A stretch of 64,000 nt of DNA from Antedon mediterranea (GCF_964355755.1 NC_092670.1:14804795-14868794), one strand, 5' to 3'. Shown: positions 15,001 through 27,256, counted from the stretch's first letter. Program-made: numbers and translations. The notes: generated by a model not told the origin, from the sequence alone.

Positions 15001-18000
15001 AGTGCCACATAATGTAGTTTTGTTTTCAGCAATTTCTTAATACTTCTCTCATTATTTCTGTAGGCTTTTAGTCTGAAGTTGCAGTGTAATATTCTATTGA
15101 TCTCATGTTTGTTTTTCCTCTAACTTAATTAACTATAAAAGAAAATATTCTACCAATATATGAGGTATATCAGGTTTAAATGTATACTAGATTGGACATC
15201 TCTTCACCCACTTTTCATGGAAGCATAGACATATTATAATGAATAATTATAATAATAATATCTCTATGATTACCCAATTAGTTTTAATTAAATAAATAAC
15301 ATTTTTACAGCTACGTTATCCATCAGTTTTTGCTCAAGAACAGAGACAGCTTGTTTCAGGATTTCAAACGATTGTTGTACAATAGTAGTAACCCCACCCT
15401 TAAAGCCATGTGGCCTGATGGAAAACAAAGTGTCAAACAGGTCAGAGGTCACAGTTCACCATTGCCATTCTAATCATTGGCTTTGCACCCTGCCTCATTT
15501 TCTGTGAATTGCAATCTGTGTTTGTTAATCATTTTAAAATTGGGAAAATTGGTGATATGTTAAATAACTGTCAATATGTATCGTCTGCTTTTGTGTAACA
15601 AAACTTGATAAACAGCATTTTGCATCTTGTTAGTTACAAAGTTCAACATTTTAAAGAGATTTTTATCATTAAACAAATTTATTTTTGTAGATATTATATT
15701 ATAGATACTTTGAACTTGGGAACCAATATAAACTACACAGTTTTATATTGAAAAAAAAATTGTTTATTTTATTAAAATTTATCAACCGAATAATGAATGG
15801 GAGATTTATATCTTGCTTTTCTCCTGTGTTTGAAATGAAATTTTCTGTAATAAAGTAATTTATAAAATGCTTAGGTATACTAAAAAATATTTATAAACAT
15901 TAGTAATATTATTAATTGCAAGAGCCAGCATCATTTTGTCAGTACATTGTATATCCATCATTGTTTTTCCACCGGCTGCTTTTTCTGCACATTCCAACAC
16001 CACATATTGCAGGTACGATGTAAGAGGCTACATGGATAAGAATAAAGACACCTTATACCAAGATTTCAAACGTCTACTGTATTCAAGCAGCAATAAGTCA
16101 ATTAAAGAAATGTGGCCAGACGGACAACAGAGTGTGTTGGAGGTATTGTAGCGCCACCGTAGATTTGACTTGATTTAACAAAGTAGAGTTGTAGCTTTGT
16201 ATTTAAGATACTTGGCTACCAATCCCATTTTCTCATGAAAAAGACTTCAATCTTTCACATACTGTAAGTGTGCATACATTAAAAAACTAGTATTATTCCA
16301 CATACCACACCTAGTGTGTTAAAGAGTCTTTATCCAAATTTGAAACATCAATAAATCCCAAGTTGTCTAACTGTAGGATTTCTGTATATCAAATTTACAA
16401 ATAAATTAATATAATATTACATCTGTTTTTAAAACTCGCCTTTTAATTGTAAGCACTGCAGGATCTTTTAGTAAAGAGCACCTAAAAAATATCCAGTTTA
16501 TTATTATTATTATCAAGCAGAAGATTCTGGGTTTGAATCTAGGTTAGGCAGCTGTTTCTCATTCTCACATTCTCATAGATTTCCTCATCTTCACCCATAA
16601 TCCTTTGCTTCTGCTATTTTATAATGTCACTATTTGTTGGTGAAGGGCAATTAAATATTATAGGTCTGGTTGAGTTTAATAATACTATTGCTTTATACAA
16701 ACAATTTTAATAATTGTTTATTAAGATTACACTGGTTCTTAATATAATTACTTCACCATTTCAGGGTTCGAAATTTACCTTAGCAAACTATCATGATTTC
16801 TTACAATCTGTAGTTTTAAATTTTAAAAGCTAGCTAATGTTTGCTTCCGGTCGTAATCTATCTTTAATAGCTAGTTTTCTACCCTGCCGTGTTGTATACA
16901 TTCTGTTTTTTATCATTACATTTGCTTAATGTGTTAATTCTTATTAACATTAACAGGTTACAAAAAGACCTTTGACTGCAGGTACAATTTTCAAAAACTC
17001 AATGATTGACCTAGTGAAGAAACTTACTACCAAGGTTAGTTAAGATTTTGATCGAAAGTAATGAATTGCGGTTGATTTTATGTTATTACACCATTGCATT
17101 TGAGTGCTGTTGAACCCCTATGAAAGACCTGACAAAGTGTCTTTTAAATAGAGGTGTCCCCTGAATAGAGATATCCTTGAATAGGGATTCCTTGAATAGA
17201 GATTCTCCTGAATAGAATGTCCTATAAGTATAGAGGTGTCCCTTAAATAGCAGTGTCCCCTGAAAGAGGTGTCCCCTGAATACGGGTGTCCCTTGAATAT
17301 AGTTGTCCCCTGAGTAAAGGTGTCCCCTGAGTAAAGGTGTCCCCTGAGTAAAGGTGTCCCCTGAAAGAGGTCTCCCTTGAATAGGAGTGACCCTTGAATA
17401 GAGTTGTCCCCTGAGTAGATGTGTCCCCTGAAAGAGGTGTCCCTTGAATAGAAGTGACCATGTTGTTTCTTCAACTGACTTTCAATACACAAAATTATTC
17501 TTTGCAGGAGCCATATTATGTTAGATGCATCAAGCCAAATGAGCAGAAATCTCCACTTCTATTCAATGATGAAAGATGCCTTCATCAGGTGCGATATCTG
17601 GGTTTGTTGGAGAATGTGCGTGTACGTCGGGCTGGCTTTGCTGCACGTATACACTATTCAAGATTCTTACAAAGGTAAGTACTTGGTTAAAGTTATCTTT
17701 TTACATCTATACATATATTGTATGCATCATCATGAACACACATAGATATGGAATCAAGAGTGCGAACCTCCAAGACAACCAGAAGGAGATGGCAAATGTT
17801 ATGGACTCTTGAGTACAAGTTCAAGATCTGTAAGGTTGTTTGTGTCATGTTTCACTCCTATTATCGTATACATTCAACTCTCCCAATACTGGAAACCTTG
17901 GAATATCTTGGAAATATCTTGATATTTTTAGTTTAATTTCAATATGTGAGGTATTTCATTTTTAGTTTTTGTATTTTGACTTTTTTTTAAATCTTGTAGA

Positions 18001-21000
18001 TACAAAATGTTGACACACTACACTTGGCCAAACTTCCATGACGGTACTGAAGAAGACGGGAGTAAAGTTATCGTTGAGCACATGGGATTTGCTGATGACG
18101 TCAAGTATGGACGCTCAAAGCTTTTTATACGAACGCCCAAAACAATCGTGGTTCTAGAAGAAGAGAGGAGAAAACTGTTACCATCTATTGTTCTTCTATT
18201 GCAAAAGGTTCATTACGTTTTTTAATAGTTGTTATCACATCCGCAGGGTATTCTTATCCTAGGCCGTACAAATTAATGCTTGTGTAGCGCAATTTGACAG
18301 CAAAAATCTATATCAAACTGTTTCAAATCAAATTGTATTTTGTAGGTTTGGCGCGGAACAGCAGCTAGGCTTCTAGCACGGCGTATGCGTGCTATTTACC
18401 TAGTAATGAACTGTTACAAACGTTACAAGGCCAGGCAATTTATGAAGAAAGTCATCGAAACGTTCCGAGACGTGAAACATTCGCGAGATTTAGGTAGGAA
18501 CCGTGCCTGGCCTCCACCACCTCATGTGTTGCTTGGCTTCACTGCTGAAATGAAAAAGATGCATAACAGGTAATAATATATATTATTGTTTAACCACATC
18601 AGAAGGAAGTGTTGTACCTTATTACTTATAATAAAGACTATTCATTAGTCCTTTAGGAGACTGACAGTATGCGGAACTATATTTAAACAAACATCGAGAA
18701 TCATAAATTATTGCATTGCAGTATAAGCGGAAAACTGCATAGCTTGTCCCACATAGAGTCTGTATCTATACTGAACGGAAACCACCCGTCCACTCTACGT
18801 TGCGTGTAAATGATCATAAGGAATAATATAGATTCTATATTTTTATTACCGTTACTGCTCGTCTGTGTAAATAGGCCTTGAAAAAGATTACAAAAGCCAT
18901 TAGTAAAACTGATTTAAATCTAGTTGTACTATGTTAATTCTAAAAATATAAATAATTCTGTATATTACAATATTGTATCAACATACAGAGTAAACTACTG
19001 TATAGCTATATTTAAATAATGAATTCATCAAGACACAAATTGAATTGTAAATAAATAAATTAAAGGCAGTGGGGGATATTTGTAATCTCTCTTCATTAAG
19101 TATCATTTTTTTTTTCAGTTTTAATCTTTGTTATACTTTATTCATATTACTGTATTTACTATTTTTTACTTGTAAAGATGGGTTGCAAAGACAGTGTTAT
19201 CAAGGATACCAAAGGAAGAATGGGAACAAGTACGGATCAAAGCAGCAGCAATGAACGCATTAAGAGGAAAGCGAAGTGATTGGGGATACAGACGAAAGTG
19301 GCAGGGAAATTATCTAGCCTCTGTAAGTTCAGAAAAGGAAATACAATTGTAAGAAAGAACCAATTGCTCATTCATAACCTCTCGACTAAATTATAAACAA
19401 ATGAGATGAGGCTATAATCACATGACTTATGAATCAGCAGCTTTTGAGACATAAAGTCATTCTTTTCACATACAGAAACATATGCGAAAACATTAGGAAA
19501 ACACGGTTCTTAACATATATATAATATTGAATAATATCTCTATTCTATTAGCTATAGCAATTTGGTTTTTTTTTTTTTGTATCCTGCCAAAATACATTGT
19601 GGTCTTTGATGTTTTTCTTTGTTTTATATGTTTTCCTTTGTTTTATATCTCTTGGCAATAAAGATTAAGAATATGAGCATACGCAAAATGACGTTTGATA
19701 CTGCTGCGTAGTCACGTTGGCACATCTAAGAAAACCTAAGATCACTATTAACATAAAAAGTTTAATTTTCTTCCAGCTAACCGACAACAATCAGACCGCT
19801 CCATTTGTGTCTGCAAGCAGCAATCTAAAGAACAAAGATAAATTCAACAAAGTGCTTTTCTCTTCCACCGTTGTAAAGGTACAGTACACCGTCCATTTTG
19901 TTATTACTAAGAACATATGACTGAATGTAATCCCATGATCAAGTATAATCCCACCCCCAAATGTAGGCTAGATTTGGACACTAGTTCATTGTTAATGCAT
20001 TCTTAGTATGATCCCACCATCACCATTTTTACCAAATTTCGTGTACCCTGACTTTACTGAAACTATACATAATAAGGAACTCTTTAATAGCAAAAACAGA
20101 ATTTGAAAGAAAAACAAAAGTGAAACAATGCCAAGTGCGGTATTTCCCATGACATACATACAGGATGGATGATTGAATTTATGAATGTTTTGATTGATAA
20201 TTAATTAATCGCATTGCAGACAGGTAAAACAATGTGTAACAAGTCAACACATTTATTGTATTGTATTGCATATTTTTTGTAGACATACATCTAGACCATA
20301 GCTCCTAGAATAACATGTGTTTATATTTAACGAATGTTTAATATGGATTATTTGCAGAATCAACAAACATGTAATATTGTAATTCTGTTAATAACAGTTT
20401 CACAATTGATGTGTTTATTTAATGAGTGTTTTAATATAATCTCTGTGATTAATATTTGCAAAGAGTCCGACCAAATAGAATACAAATATCATAATCGAAG
20501 GCGGTTCCAGGAACGCAAACACATAATATTATTAATAATGAATTAATTCATGTGTGTTAATGGATGTGGATATTAAAAAGTAGCTAATAATGTCATTTTA
20601 CAGTAGCTGCCAAAAGGCTCAACCCCTAGCAGCTTTTTAAAGACATATATTAAATAGTCAAAATTAGTTTACATTTTTGTTTTCCTTTAACCTGTTTATG
20701 CAATTATTTAGTAAGCTTTATTTGATAATAATGCATTACTTGTTAAATATTTGTTCAATTTGTTATAGGTTAATAAGCATAATAAGTGTGCAGACCGAGC
20801 CATATTGGTAACAGATAAATATATCTACAAGCTGGATCCAAAGAATGTCTTCAAGTCAATGTCACATATCAATATCACCGAGGTTAGTAAAAAAAACAAA
20901 GCAAATCCATTAGAGAAAGTGTCAAACTCTCCATGGAGAAAATAATATAGAGCGGTACAACGTTCTATACACAGAGACTGCCGGAAATGATAAGATCAGC

Positions 21001-22096
21001 ACACACAGATGCACATTGTAACGTGTCGTAGAATAGACAGTTATTTGTTTATTAATGTGGAATAAATTAGGCTATAAACAATAAATCAGACAGCTGAAGA
21101 ATCTCCTTCTATATATTTCCTCCACAGTGACCTCAAGCTTTACCACCCATCTATTCTTTTTGAACCCCACTTGACCTCTATGTATAAGCCATTGGAGATT
21201 TGTTTAAATGTTGTACAATTAAAACAATGGTACAAGTTTACACATTTCTTTCCATCCAAAGTTATAAAGATAAATATAGTTAAATTATTAATCATCTAAA
21301 CATCTAAAATAAATCCTTCTTAATATCAACAAAAAGTGTACCAGCAGGGCGTCACCCTCTGTCATTTTGTCCAGAATTTAACTTAAAGATATTCTTTTTC
21401 GGTTTTCAAACAGATAACAGCTCTGAGTATAAGTCCAGGAACAGACCAACTGGTCATCGTCCACTTACAAAATGGAAACGATTTAGTTGTATGCTTGACC
21501 AACTCATCTCAAGAAAATCGAGTTCCAGAATTTGTTGGTGTTCTATGCAGACATTGGGCAGTGTGAGTATTCCATGAATTCTAATTAGGTAATTTTGTAT
21601 CATGTGACATTGTAATTTATCCATTTACCATGTTTTCATAAGATCACATTGGACACCGCCATTTCCCATTTTCACAGCACCCTCAATGATACAGCAAAAC
21701 AAATATGCTACATGGGATTTATCATTCCTGGTTTGTTCAAGAATTTTTTTTAACCGCCCTAACATTCCTATTTCCACTACAAATTTGATCTCTCTAACAT
21801 ATTGAGGGCACACTACTAAATTGGCTCTATTCAATCCCACAATGCCTTTTTAAATGTTACATGTTTTGGATGAAGAGGATATTTTTGTGTTTTCTTTGAT
21901 ATTAATATATTAACATAAACCATTATAACATTATCATTTGTGTAGGACCAGGAATTCTGAACTGAAGGTGATAATAAATCCAATATTGAACTGTCAATTG
22001 GGTAAAAAACAACGGCATATTCAAATTGAGAAATCGCAAGTCTCATTTCCTGTCTTTGTGAAAAATGGAGAAGATTTAACATTAGCATACCCATAA
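3030..22096 (+). CDS. MYO1D: Unconventional myosin class I, MYO1D/Myo31DF-like (motor, IQ, TH1); N-terminal exons lie upstream of the window
   Basis: GT-AG exons in consistent phase: 3030-3123 (P-loop [12 protein letters not shown]), 4926-5091 ([19 protein letters not shown]), 5274-5423, 9060-9179, 9835-10041, 12583-12725 (switch II LDIYGFE), 14306-14531, 14867-14997 (HYAGDV), [15311-15440 or 16013-16142], 16957-17034, 17508-17674 ([22 protein letters not shown]), 18000-18207, 18346-18569 (IQ), 19178-19322, 19777-19878, 20769-20882, 21414-21562, 21946-22096 (TAA). About 901 aa lie in the window. [25 protein letters not shown] and a TH1 tail with no SH3 match my recollection of MYO1D rather than MYO1E/F. 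Confidence 0.93.
3583..3920. mobile_element. MITE with perfect 53-bp TIRs and TAA target-site duplication
   Basis: 3583-3635 is the exact reverse complement of 3868-3920; TAA at 3580-3582 and 3921-3923. Confidence 0.9.
5800..6046 (-). mobile_element. Diverged Deu/Nin-type SINE copy
   Basis: Reverse complement reads gtggccgagcggtttagg...agttctggtggttgaaccagtc...ccagtgtaca...gaagagtaggg. Confidence 0.6.
7601..7615 (+). CDS. MYO1D: Candidate 15-nt in-frame microexon of MYO1D (NDQNM)
   Basis: Long polypyrimidine tract and ttcag acceptor, then AACGACCAAAACATG, then gtaatt. Phase 0/0 matches the flanking exons (5423 and 9060). Confidence 0.55.
11671..11880 (+). mobile_element. Deu/Nin-type SINE, internally deleted copy
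   Basis: Shares the core ttctcggatagggactataaacc and the 3' tail aactggttcacaaaatagccctgtatcag with the 28695 copy. Confidence 0.7.
13318..13465. mobile_element. Degenerate MITE of a family with CAGTAGAACC-like ends and internal GTGTCCCCTTAATAGAG motifs (relatives near 9210-9300, 9580-9710, 12200-12390, 25222-25386, 56890-56950, 57140-57290)
   Basis: tactgtagaatccc...gaggttctatcgta ends; recurring ggggacacc / cctcttaatagagg motifs. Confidence 0.5.
14615..14780 (-). mobile_element. tRNA-derived SINE (second family)
   Basis: Reverse complement gtggtctaatggttagg...ggttcgaatcccgg gives A and B boxes, followed by a non-tRNA tail ttctcattctcacagatttc. A related + strand fragment starts at 16511. 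Confidence 0.65.
15311..15440 (+). CDS. MYO1D: MYO1D mutually exclusive exon A ([43 protein letters not shown])
   Basis: tttttacag acceptor, CAG|gtcaga donor, 130 nt, open in the required phase, homologous to exon B. Confidence 0.85.
16013..16142 (+). CDS. MYO1D: MYO1D mutually exclusive exon B ([43 protein letters not shown])
   Basis: ttgcag acceptor, GAG|gtattg donor, 130 nt, consensus DKNKD motif. Confidence 0.9.
16511..16650 (+). mobile_element. 5'-truncated copy of the second tRNA-SINE family
   Basis: tatcaagcagaagattctgggtttgaatctaggtt...ttctcattctcaca aligns to the reverse complement of 14685-14748. Confidence 0.55.
17148..17452. repeat. About 17-bp minisatellite (GAGGTGTCCCCTGAATA-like), amplified MITE-internal motif
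   Basis: Roughly 18 degenerate copies seen directly. Confidence 0.85.
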
Positions 22097-23754
22097 TGGT
22101 AATACTGTATCTGTAGTGGCCTAATGAATATTCAGCAAATATATAAAATAGAATCATGAATATTCAGTATTTGGTATATAAATATTTTTTTTTTTTATTC
22201 TGATTAAGAACTGGTATAAAAACAGGTTAAAAATACAAAGTTTAAAAAGATTGAATATAAATTTAGGACATCCTAAATAATATTAAAGTAATAATTATAT
22301 TTAATTTGGGTACTATAAATTAGTTTAAAAGCAAAATCAGATTTTTTAAAACAAATGTTTTTAAATTAAAACAACACTTGGTTGCTATGAGCACTATTCT
22401 AATTTTAACTGATCTTCCAAAATAGATAACGTGACATTATTACTAACAATAGATAATTTATTTCAATATATTCACTGTCAATAATGTTATATAAATATAT
22501 ATCAAAATCTGTAATTATAAATAATATATTTTTTTGCCAGATCATTGTAGTTATACGCTTATTCAATGAAAGGTTGAATTTGATTATCACGTTAGTATTA
22601 TACTCCGCCCACATGAACCTTATGCAAACGCACTATAATACATTTGATTTATATAGTTATGAATTGAAAAACATTCAAATAGGCTAATATAAAATGTATT
22701 CATATATTGATATTTTAAGCATATTTTCCGTACTTATTTTCATTTTTCTTTTAAATTTATTTAAATTGCCAGGAGTAATTTCCCTTATGAATTAAGAATA
22801 AAAATATATATTAAACAAAGTGATATATAAAACAAATATTAGTGTAGTTTTAATGATTAATTTCAAAGTAATTGCTTGCTTTAAGCCTGGTATTATGTAG
22901 GTAGAAGTAGCTTGTGCTGCAAGAGAATATTAATACAGTATGCTAGGCCTAGAAAAATAATTTCGGATGAGTTAGGCTTAGATGAAACAATAATATATAC
23001 TGTAGTTAGAAAAAAACTCTCTGTAGTTAGAGAATAAACTGCTTATTGGTGGACAGCTGGTGAAAGAAAATACAAATTGAGTAGGCCTATACCACAGAGC
23101 TAAAAGCTGATCGATCGAGGTATGTTGATCGCAGCATTGAGATAACTCAACAGTTCTTTTCAGAACTTTACATACGTGATGTACCTCAATTTTTATGTCA
23201 ACAAAACAAAAAGCTTAAACAATAGTGGCTAGATTACAACAGTTTCATAGGCCATAACATTGTATTCAAAGCAACAAAGGGTTCCATTTCTACCACACCC
23301 TTTGCAAAATTTACCCTTTGCCCGAATTCACCCCTTGCCCGAATTCACCCCTTGCCCAGATTTTCTCAAATTCTTTTGTATGGTTGAATGAAGCTAATAT
23401 CCGCAGTTTGTGATAGTAACGACTTGCCCAAAAATGAGTAAATGTGCATGCCACTTTTTGTAGCTTTTTAACACTAACTACAGTTTAAGTATTTGCAATA
23501 AAAATTTTGCCAAATTAGCCATATTATATAGAAACATTCCTTTTTAGAAAAGAAATATCAATTAGTATTAAGCGTATGGTTTTATTTATTTGTACACTTT
23601 ATATTTAAAGAATGATTTTATAACAAGGTATGAAGATTTAGGTGTTTTTCGGAAGTTAGGTAAGATACCTTTATAGCCTACTGAATGTTTCTCTATTTGT
23701 GTTACATAAGTTAATAAATATATTTCACATTGTCATACTTGTAATAAATAATAA

Positions 23755-24300
23755 TGTTATTAATATAGTGACATTCCATTTTCATTTCAGTATAACCTTT
23801 AATTTGTCTGTAATAATAAATGTATTAAACTGTTTTTAATAATTAATATTTAGTTGATAGTGTCACATGGTAATTCTAAATATAATTTCCCTTTAAAATA
23901 ACCTTTGTTTAGATTTCATTTCTTTTAATACTATTTCTAATATACGGTACATGTTTTAAGTAATTTGTACTGTATTTTCTTGATAATTCAAAAGAAATCT
24001 ATGATTTTCTTTTAATTATCAATTGTTTTATACATTTAATGTTAATATTACTTTTTTAGATGTTTTAAACCATACTTTTAATAATTGATTATTTTTAAAT
24101 ATGTTGTTATTAATATAGAGACATTCCACTTTATATTCATTTTAACTTTTAATTTGCACTTTTTATAATATATCACTGTATTTTCTCATAGTTTATATAG
24201 TTGACACATTTTCTTTAACAATTAACCTTTATTTTAAATTTAAAATCCTTTAATACATTTTGTTATTAATTCTTTTACAACTGCTGTATTTTTTCCTTTA
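23755..24300. repeat. Degenerate AT-rich direct repeat, period about 350 bp
   Basis: tgttattaatatagtgacattcca near 23755 versus tgttattaatatagagacattcca near 24105. Confidence 0.5.
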
Positions 24301-25803
24301 ATTATCTATTTTAATGGTTTAACTGTGCAGTTATATGTAGTAGTATATTATTAATTATTTTTAATATAATCTTTCGATTTATTTTACATGATATACCGGT
24401 ACAACTTCATTTATAACTAATTTATTACTGCATTTGGTAAAAACAACTCAATATGAAACAAATCCAATATGATATGAAGATTATACTAAAACCTGTGCCA
24501 AATTACTAATTTTATTCTAATTTAGTAATCGAATCCTCTTTAAATGTGCCTAGTTTCTGCTTTTTATAAAAAGATTATATAATCGCTTTTTTATGAAACA
24601 TTTCTTTTAAATCCATAATTTAAAAATCCATGATTGAAATAGCGGGTAAAATAATATTCAGTTCATCCAAACTCGCAATTTAATAATCAACATTAAAATG
24701 ATGAAAATTACAGCAGAACATAGACTCTGACGTCGGAATTTTATACATGCCGCGTTCAAAATATAATATGAAGGCGCGCCGCCGCCTTGACAATAATAAT
24801 ATGTCGTCGAATATACTAAGGGCCGTCGTCAATAGATATGCGAAACCATTATAATAGTTTTAAACATCGCTTTTAGATTAGTGCACACATTCTTTGGTAA
24901 GCCTCCTAGATGGACATAATTTACGTTATCTTGTTTTAAATTATGCTAAAGTGTGCTAAACGAAACTTTAAAGATAAATTAATATATAATTTATATAGAT
25001 TATCAAAGTATATCGCAGTTAATCGTAGAAAATGATAGTACCAGATAAATTGTATAGCCATAAATAAAAACACTACTTATATGTTTTGTATTGAATCGAA
25101 TAATTATAAATGATTTATATTTATAAATTCATAATTTTTAATATTCACATTAATTTATTATTATTCCGTCGATATTAATCAATTGAAATGCACTCCAATC
25201 GTAATTTAAATAGCGTCTATAGTACAGTAGAGAACCCCTCAGTAGAAACGAGGGGAAATGAATGCACTAAAGGCCAATCCATATTAGGAACAAGGCCATC
25301 ATATAGCTTTCTTAGGAGACATCCATATTAAATAGACACTTTGTGTCCAGAAGATATTCCCTCACTAGGCCTATATATTCTACTGTATAATATACGTAAT
25401 GTAACAATAGTCAATTATAGCTTTGCTTGTAAAACATCTCATTCTTTTTGTATTAGTGTATCGCATTGTTTATTTTGATAAACGCCTGGTTACAAACACA
25501 AATGATTTTTACATGTGCCAATATATAGACCCTAAGAATATTACAGGTGGTGATATAAAAACATATAGTAGGCCTCGGAGTTGCGACTGGCTGGACATAC
25601 CGTAGTCAGTCATCATTTAATATACGATATAATCGCTATGTATACAACATTTATATATATATTTATGCCGACAACGTATATTCGAATAATAAAATAATGT
25701 CAGTGTTTTTAATAAATTTCAGATTTTCTGACTAAAGTTTGAATTTGATTTTCTCTTGTGTACGCTTAATTAGCAAATGTCTTCCTAGCATCATCGTTAC
25801 GTG

Positions 25804-26046
25804 GATACAAAATAAGTTGAAATTAATTTACGTCGTATGGGGCGCAGTTTGGGACATGCATAATTAGTATTTTGTTTGAGAATTTTTTTTTCACATTTCC
25901 ATTATTTCAAAGCAAAAAATTCTTTGAACAAAATTTCTTCTCAAACTACAGTGTCTATACAATGGCTGTATTTTAACTTAATAATACATTTTTCCAAATT
26001 TCGCCCCGTACGACGTAAATTCATTTCAACTGTACTTTCCGTGTCC
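25804..26046. mobile_element. MITE with imperfect TIRs of about 50 bp
   Basis: agttgaaattaatttacgtcgtatggggcg versus cgccccgtacgacgtaaattcatttcaact. Confidence 0.7.
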
Positions 26047-26053
26047 TTACTAA

Positions 26054-26232
26054 AGCGTGGTTCCCACTAGCGACGCAACACAAAGACGTAACGCAACGCA
26101 AGTGAATTGACCAATCACAAGCGATGGCTTATTCGCTTGTGATTGCTAACTGTCTATAACTTCGCTTGTCATTGGTTAAAACGCTTGCGTTGCGTTTACG
26201 TCCTTGCGTTACGTTCTAGTGGGAACCAAGCT
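26054..26232. mobile_element. PIF/Harbinger-type foldback MITE
   Basis: AGCGTGGTTCCCACTAG...CTAGTGGGAACCAAGCT flanked by TAA/TAT; partial copy near 49613. Confidence 0.8.
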
Positions 26233-26756
26233 TATCGGCGCTTTAACGCGGATAACCTAGTAACTCGACGAGTTCAAAATCTAGTTAAGTCTTTATTGAA
26301 GCGTTTGTTTAGGAATTTTATATTAGTGTTGATATACGTTACAAAATGTCTTGTCTGAACGCCTGAAAAATTGAAAGTTAAACAATCAATGGTAACAGCA
26401 CGTAATCGAAAATTGTGAATTAAATAATTTGATACAGAATGAAGTTTATAATAATATTGGTAATGGTAATTTCGTGAGAAATTTTTTATATCTACATATG
26501 GTATTACAAATGGATATATTATTTGATTCACTTATTTATTTGACGTTAGTATTTGGAATGCCAAATTCAACAATACATCAAGTTTACATTATAGTTTTAT
26601 ATGTTGCAATTCAAATAGAATTTCAATTTAATATTACAAGTGAAGGAGAACATTGTGGAAAGTAAATACAATCACGCCGACGTTTGCAAGATTCGGAACA
26701 ACTTGAAGATAAGATTGTTATTAACAATAACCTAGTTGATTAACTAATTGATATAC

Positions 26757-26990
26757 GCGTCCAAAAGCTGATACACGCGCGTTTAAATAATGTACGCGTA
26801 ATTTATTAAAATCTAAAATTTATAAAAATGATTTAGTACGGTACGTTAATCAAATCTCCACTATTACGTTAACGATAACATGTGACTGACGGACGGACAG
26901 ACTTTGCGTCCAAAGGCTGATAATACGGATTTACACGCGCGTTTAAATAATGTACGCGTAATTTATTGAAATCTGAAATTTATAAAAATG
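26757..26990. repeat. Direct duplication of about 75 bp
   Basis: gcgtccaaa.gctgata...tacacgcgcgtttaaataatgtacgcgtaatttatt.aaatct.aaatttataaaaatg occurs twice. Confidence 0.85.
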
Positions 26991-27174
26991 TGACGACTAC
27001 TGTACGATCATCGTGGCCAGAGAACAGGTGCATTAAACAAAAGAAATAATAAATTAAAATCAAATAATTCGAAAGGCCACCGACAAAGCAAAAATGTTTA
27101 CAGAGCATAATTTCGTCATTTGCAAAGTTAAACCAAACAAGGACATCTGTGAAATATAATGTATTGAAAGTGTG

Positions 27175-27182
27175 TATATAAA
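27175..27182 (+). promoter_or_regulatory. TATA box of mucin-like gene 1
   Basis: TATATAAA about 80 nt upstream of ATG 27257; the paralog has TATAAAA at a similar position. Confidence 0.6.
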
Positions 27183-27256
27183 GGGGGGAAAGACTAAATA
27201 TATGTTATTAGTATAACCGTTTTTGGAGCGAGTTATACTGTTAAGAAGCCTCTAAA

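Noticed and set aside
17118-17492. Repetitive minus-strand ORFs and CRISPR-like periodicity
   Set aside because: Contiguous degenerate minisatellite with no unique spacers, in a eukaryotic intron.
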